This document shows, piece after piece, positions 61,701 to 64,000 of a stretch of 64,000 nucleotides of DNA. Source of the DNA: Phoronis australis (Eukaryota > Animalia > Phoronida); NCBI GenBank assembly GCA_002633005.1, contig NMRA01000017.1:858157-922156 (forward strand), given 5' to 3'. The notes beneath the pieces are model-generated. The model saw only the letters and a list, made by a program, of their open reading frames with translations. It was not told the DNA's origin and did no database searches. The stretch's first letter is position 1. Each line of letters begins with the position of its first letter. The position numbers and the translations under genes are program-made.

Positions 61701-63937
61701 GAGGTCGTTAGTTTACGTTCTTGTCTTGCCGAGATGCTGTACTGTTTCTCATGTTTGCTATTTCTCATGCCTGTGCTATTTCTCATGCCTGTGCTGTTTC
61801 TCGTTCCTGTGCACCATGTATCAGTGATGCAGTTTTGCACTTGTGTCAATTTTAGTCTATGTTAACAGCATTTTATTCTCAAAATATTCTGCCTCAACCA
61901 TTGCATAGTTTTCGAATTCTCCTTGGAGGTTTTTAGAGAATTTTTTGCAATTTGAACATTTAATCATGAATGTTAAGTCCAAACCTTGCCAATTTTCGCT
62001 AGAAGGAGATTTTTTACTTAATTTTTCCTGAATGTTACTTTTGTGTGTACTTGCTTTCGACCCATATAAGAAAATGGTGGACTAGAATTGGGAATTTCAA
62101 ATTTTATGCCTCTGGTTTTGTAGCCACGACCAGAGCTGACTGTGTCAAGGATTTTAAAAAGCACGCCAGCCAGGTGACTGGATGTTTCAACAAAATTCGA
62201 GACAGGACACTTGCAGCCATTCAAGTGTCGGACGATATTGAACGGAAGTCGGCCATTAGGAGATGTATTGATGTACTAGGAGAAGTCACGCCATCTTTAA
62301 TTAGCACTGCAGAGACCCTGTCTGGTTGGTTTACATGTAGTTGATATGACACATGAGTTTTGTTGCTACAGTATGTTTGGAAAATCACTCTGACCACTGT
62401 AATGCCATAAATCGCCAAATGTAATGAACTGGTAAGGCTATGTTTGTCTGTGTCACTGTGAGAATCCTTAACATGGTGATCTGTTCAGACCCCTACTAAT
62501 TTCGCTGTCTAATCTGGGACGGTTCTATTCAGTGAGTATATATGGTAAAGATTGGCATCATCTCTGAATCATTTAGGAGCGTACATTCGGACCCATTACT
62601 ATTTTTCCTAGACTCAGCTAGTGACGACAACATGACCTTGTTCAACCAATACCGTCGTAAGTGGGTGGCGACCGTCTGCCGGTTGTTGTTGCTTGTTGGA
62701 AGCATGCCAGAAGTTAATGGCGCTGATATTGAAGGTATGTAGGTAGACTTGTTCATGGTTTCACTATGCATTATGCTGTTGATTAACCTAGGAAGTGTAA
62801 AGAAATATAGTACTCAGTGTCTCCAAATTAAGTTACATAGGCAAGAACTACAGTAAAAATTCTCAAATTTGGGACAGTGAAATTTTAATTTTTTCTCAAA
62901 GCCGGAGATTGTCTCAAATTCTAGAAATGAGCAATATTAACCATTCCAAGTTCTAGAATCATTGGAAAGACTACAAAATTACCCACTCCGTAGATTGAAA
63001 ACACATTTTCAGAAATTTGTATAATGATAAATATGTTGAGGGCCAAAATCACCCTTGTCTCAAATTCCAGGATCAAGAAAATTCTCTTTTTGCGGGAGTT
63101 TCCATGTCCCAAAGTCTAAAGACTGTCCCAAATCGAAGGATTTTCACCCTAAGTAGGGTTATCTATAAGCACCCTCATTCATCACACCTTACAGTCAGTT
63201 CAGTTATTAAATCTTCATTAACCAACTATTGAAAGGAATGAAAGTCACAATGGCCATCATCAAACTCTCTCTCGGAGGTTTATGTTTTATTTCTGCGTAA
63301 TTTTGTGCACAATTGTTAAGATATGTCTTTGTAAGATTGTGTTCCAGACTGTTTGCATCCACAACTAACCCCTTGCGGAATCTTTGTGAAATATGACAAG
63401 TGTGTTCCTATAATATGGCAACAGATTTCAACTTCCTTTGGGTGGATTCAACTACTGCTGTACATCCTAGTGGCAATTTTGTTTTCTATGTTTGCCTTTG
63501 TGTTGTTTGAGTTCCTTGGCAGTTTTTCATGAAACTAGGTTTCTGTTAGAAAAACAACAATCTGGCTTTCCATTTTTGATGAGATAAAATTTTTAACCTC
63601 CATTGGCCTTTTTTATGATTACCTTAAAAACACACTTAAAAGTTTTTGGCGCAGTTGTGGGCACTATTTTGATAGTTTTGAAGTTTTGTTTTCTTGTGTA
63701 GGCTTTCAAAACAGTCACTTAGTATCTAGTCAAAGGAGTCTCTCATATTTTCAGATCTGGTGATTCCTGCAGCCCATTCAAGTCAGCTCAGCCCTCCTGC
63801 AGCTCCTACCATCTCACCACACCAAACATCTGTCACTCAACCTAATGTCTCCGCCTCCCAACAGACAGTGGGTACTTCTGTTAAAGTACCCTCAACTCTA
63901 AGCACTCCCGATAAGGCAACTCAGACGGATAACAAAG
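40719..63937 (+). CDS. Large vinculin/alpha-catenin-family (VIN) protein, 23 exons in the window, at least 1232 aa, 3' end outside the window
   Basis: Exons 40719-40799, 44549-44701, 46068-46226, 46457-46579, 46871-47050, 47439-47576, 48134-48280, 49254-49484, 50055-50184, 51655-51864, 52210-52407, 53127-53330, 54116-54283, 54618-54777, 55157-55289, 56192-56302, 57821-57998, 59149-59353, 59916-60096, 61562-61661, 62124-62324, 62612-62734, 63755-63937; GT-AG with consistent phases. Family motifs: QTKTIQQILSPIAAQVSQLIII; AKEVLEGTMKVLLVTDEAEVRKIV; KRLKELTHPKQRERL...LKKSVPML...TYVKY...AQASRNFV; FKETIEPLERL; LEKLDPEMV...HLRLLRSEWTTELETLVNTVDLLLDSRHF. Confidence 0.87.
41682..43942. mobile_element. 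Non-autonomous hAT-like DNA transposon (about 2.26 kb, spans an N gap) in VIN intron 1
   Basis: 11-bp perfect TIRs CAGGGCTCGAC...GTCGAGCCCTG. Multiple subterminal CAG(G/C)TCGCATTT motifs at both ends. Flanks GGTGG / GGTGA suggest a 5-bp TSD with one mismatch. Confidence 0.75.
41784..41955. other. Assembly gap (N run)
   Basis: Run of N. Confidence 1.
45221..45976 (+). mobile_element. Non-autonomous hAT-like element (MITE), same family as 22951-23434, in VIN intron 2
   Basis: Termini CAGGGCTTTAT...ATGAAGGCCTG. Perfect 8-bp TSD CCACTCTC at 45213-45220 and 45977-45984. Confidence 0.88.
50380..50951. other. Assembly gap (N run) in VIN intron 9, followed by a MITE-like end (...cccccccgtagatccgcctctg, about 51030-51066)
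   Basis: Run of N. The flanking exons (50184 and 51655) join in phase, so no exon needs to be hidden in the gap. Confidence 0.9.
53480..53593. repeat. 41-bp tandem repeat, about 2.8 copies
   Basis: ccagagtgttcaga...cagtgt..aaag starts at 53480, 53521 and 53562. Confidence 0.85.
56870..57351 (+). mobile_element. Internally deleted hAT-like element with a 6-bp TSD, in VIN intron 16
   Basis: 13-bp perfect TIRs CAGGGCTTGGAAT...ATTCCAAGCCCTG. Perfect 6-bp TSD ATAACT at 56864-56869 and 57352-57357. Subterminal TTCCGCG motifs. Short ORF stub from 57112: MVARVIVNRGDKYYDSAAKNVWRREW. Confidence 0.85.
58407..58683. repeat. 29-bp minisatellite (TCTACTGT(A/G)TGTCTGAATG(T/A)(G/A)TGATTGTG)n, about 9.5 copies
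   Basis: Directly visible tandem array in VIN intron 17. Confidence 0.95.
59356..59412. repeat. 19-bp tandem repeat, 3 copies, starting within the exon-18 donor site
   Basis: aagtcatcagagcacattg / aagtcatcagatcactttg / aagtcatcagagcactata. Confidence 0.85.
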
Positions 63938-64000
63938 GTTACTTGTCATTTTCTGCACATAATTTTCATAGTATGGAAAAGTTGATGTTTATCTGCCTCA

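Overview
Eukaryotic, intron-rich, AT-rich genomic DNA. It looks like a marine invertebrate animal, possibly a deuterostome (inference only), and has two assembly gaps (41784-41955, 50380-50951). Four protein-coding genes were reconstructed by hand from GT-AG splice sites with consistent exon phases: (1) the 3' end of a GT7-type N-acetylgalactosaminyltransferase-like gene (+, <3-527); (2) a complete 12-exon RETSAT (+, 7443-23696, 631 aa); (3) a complete 12-exon uncharacterised type I membrane protein made of tandem CxxCxxG repeats (-, 40285-28326, 581 aa); (4) a very long vinculin/alpha-catenin-family gene (+, 40719 to beyond the window, 23 exons and at least 1232 codons seen). Genes 3 and 4 are head-to-head, with 433 bp between the start codons and a tandem CLEAR/E-box pair in that gap. 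The introns carry many mobile elements. The most notable is an intact 537-bp miniature LTR element (TRIM) with a tRNA-Ser primer-binding site, a polypurine tract, a 4-bp target-site duplication and tRNA-like Pol III A/B boxes inside both LTRs. Also present: an RT-deleted BEL/Pao element, hAT-like elements with 8-, 6- and probably 5-bp TSDs, Harbinger- and Kolobok-type MITEs, tRNA-derived SINEs and several minisatellites. No CRISPR array, rRNA or intact tRNA gene was found.
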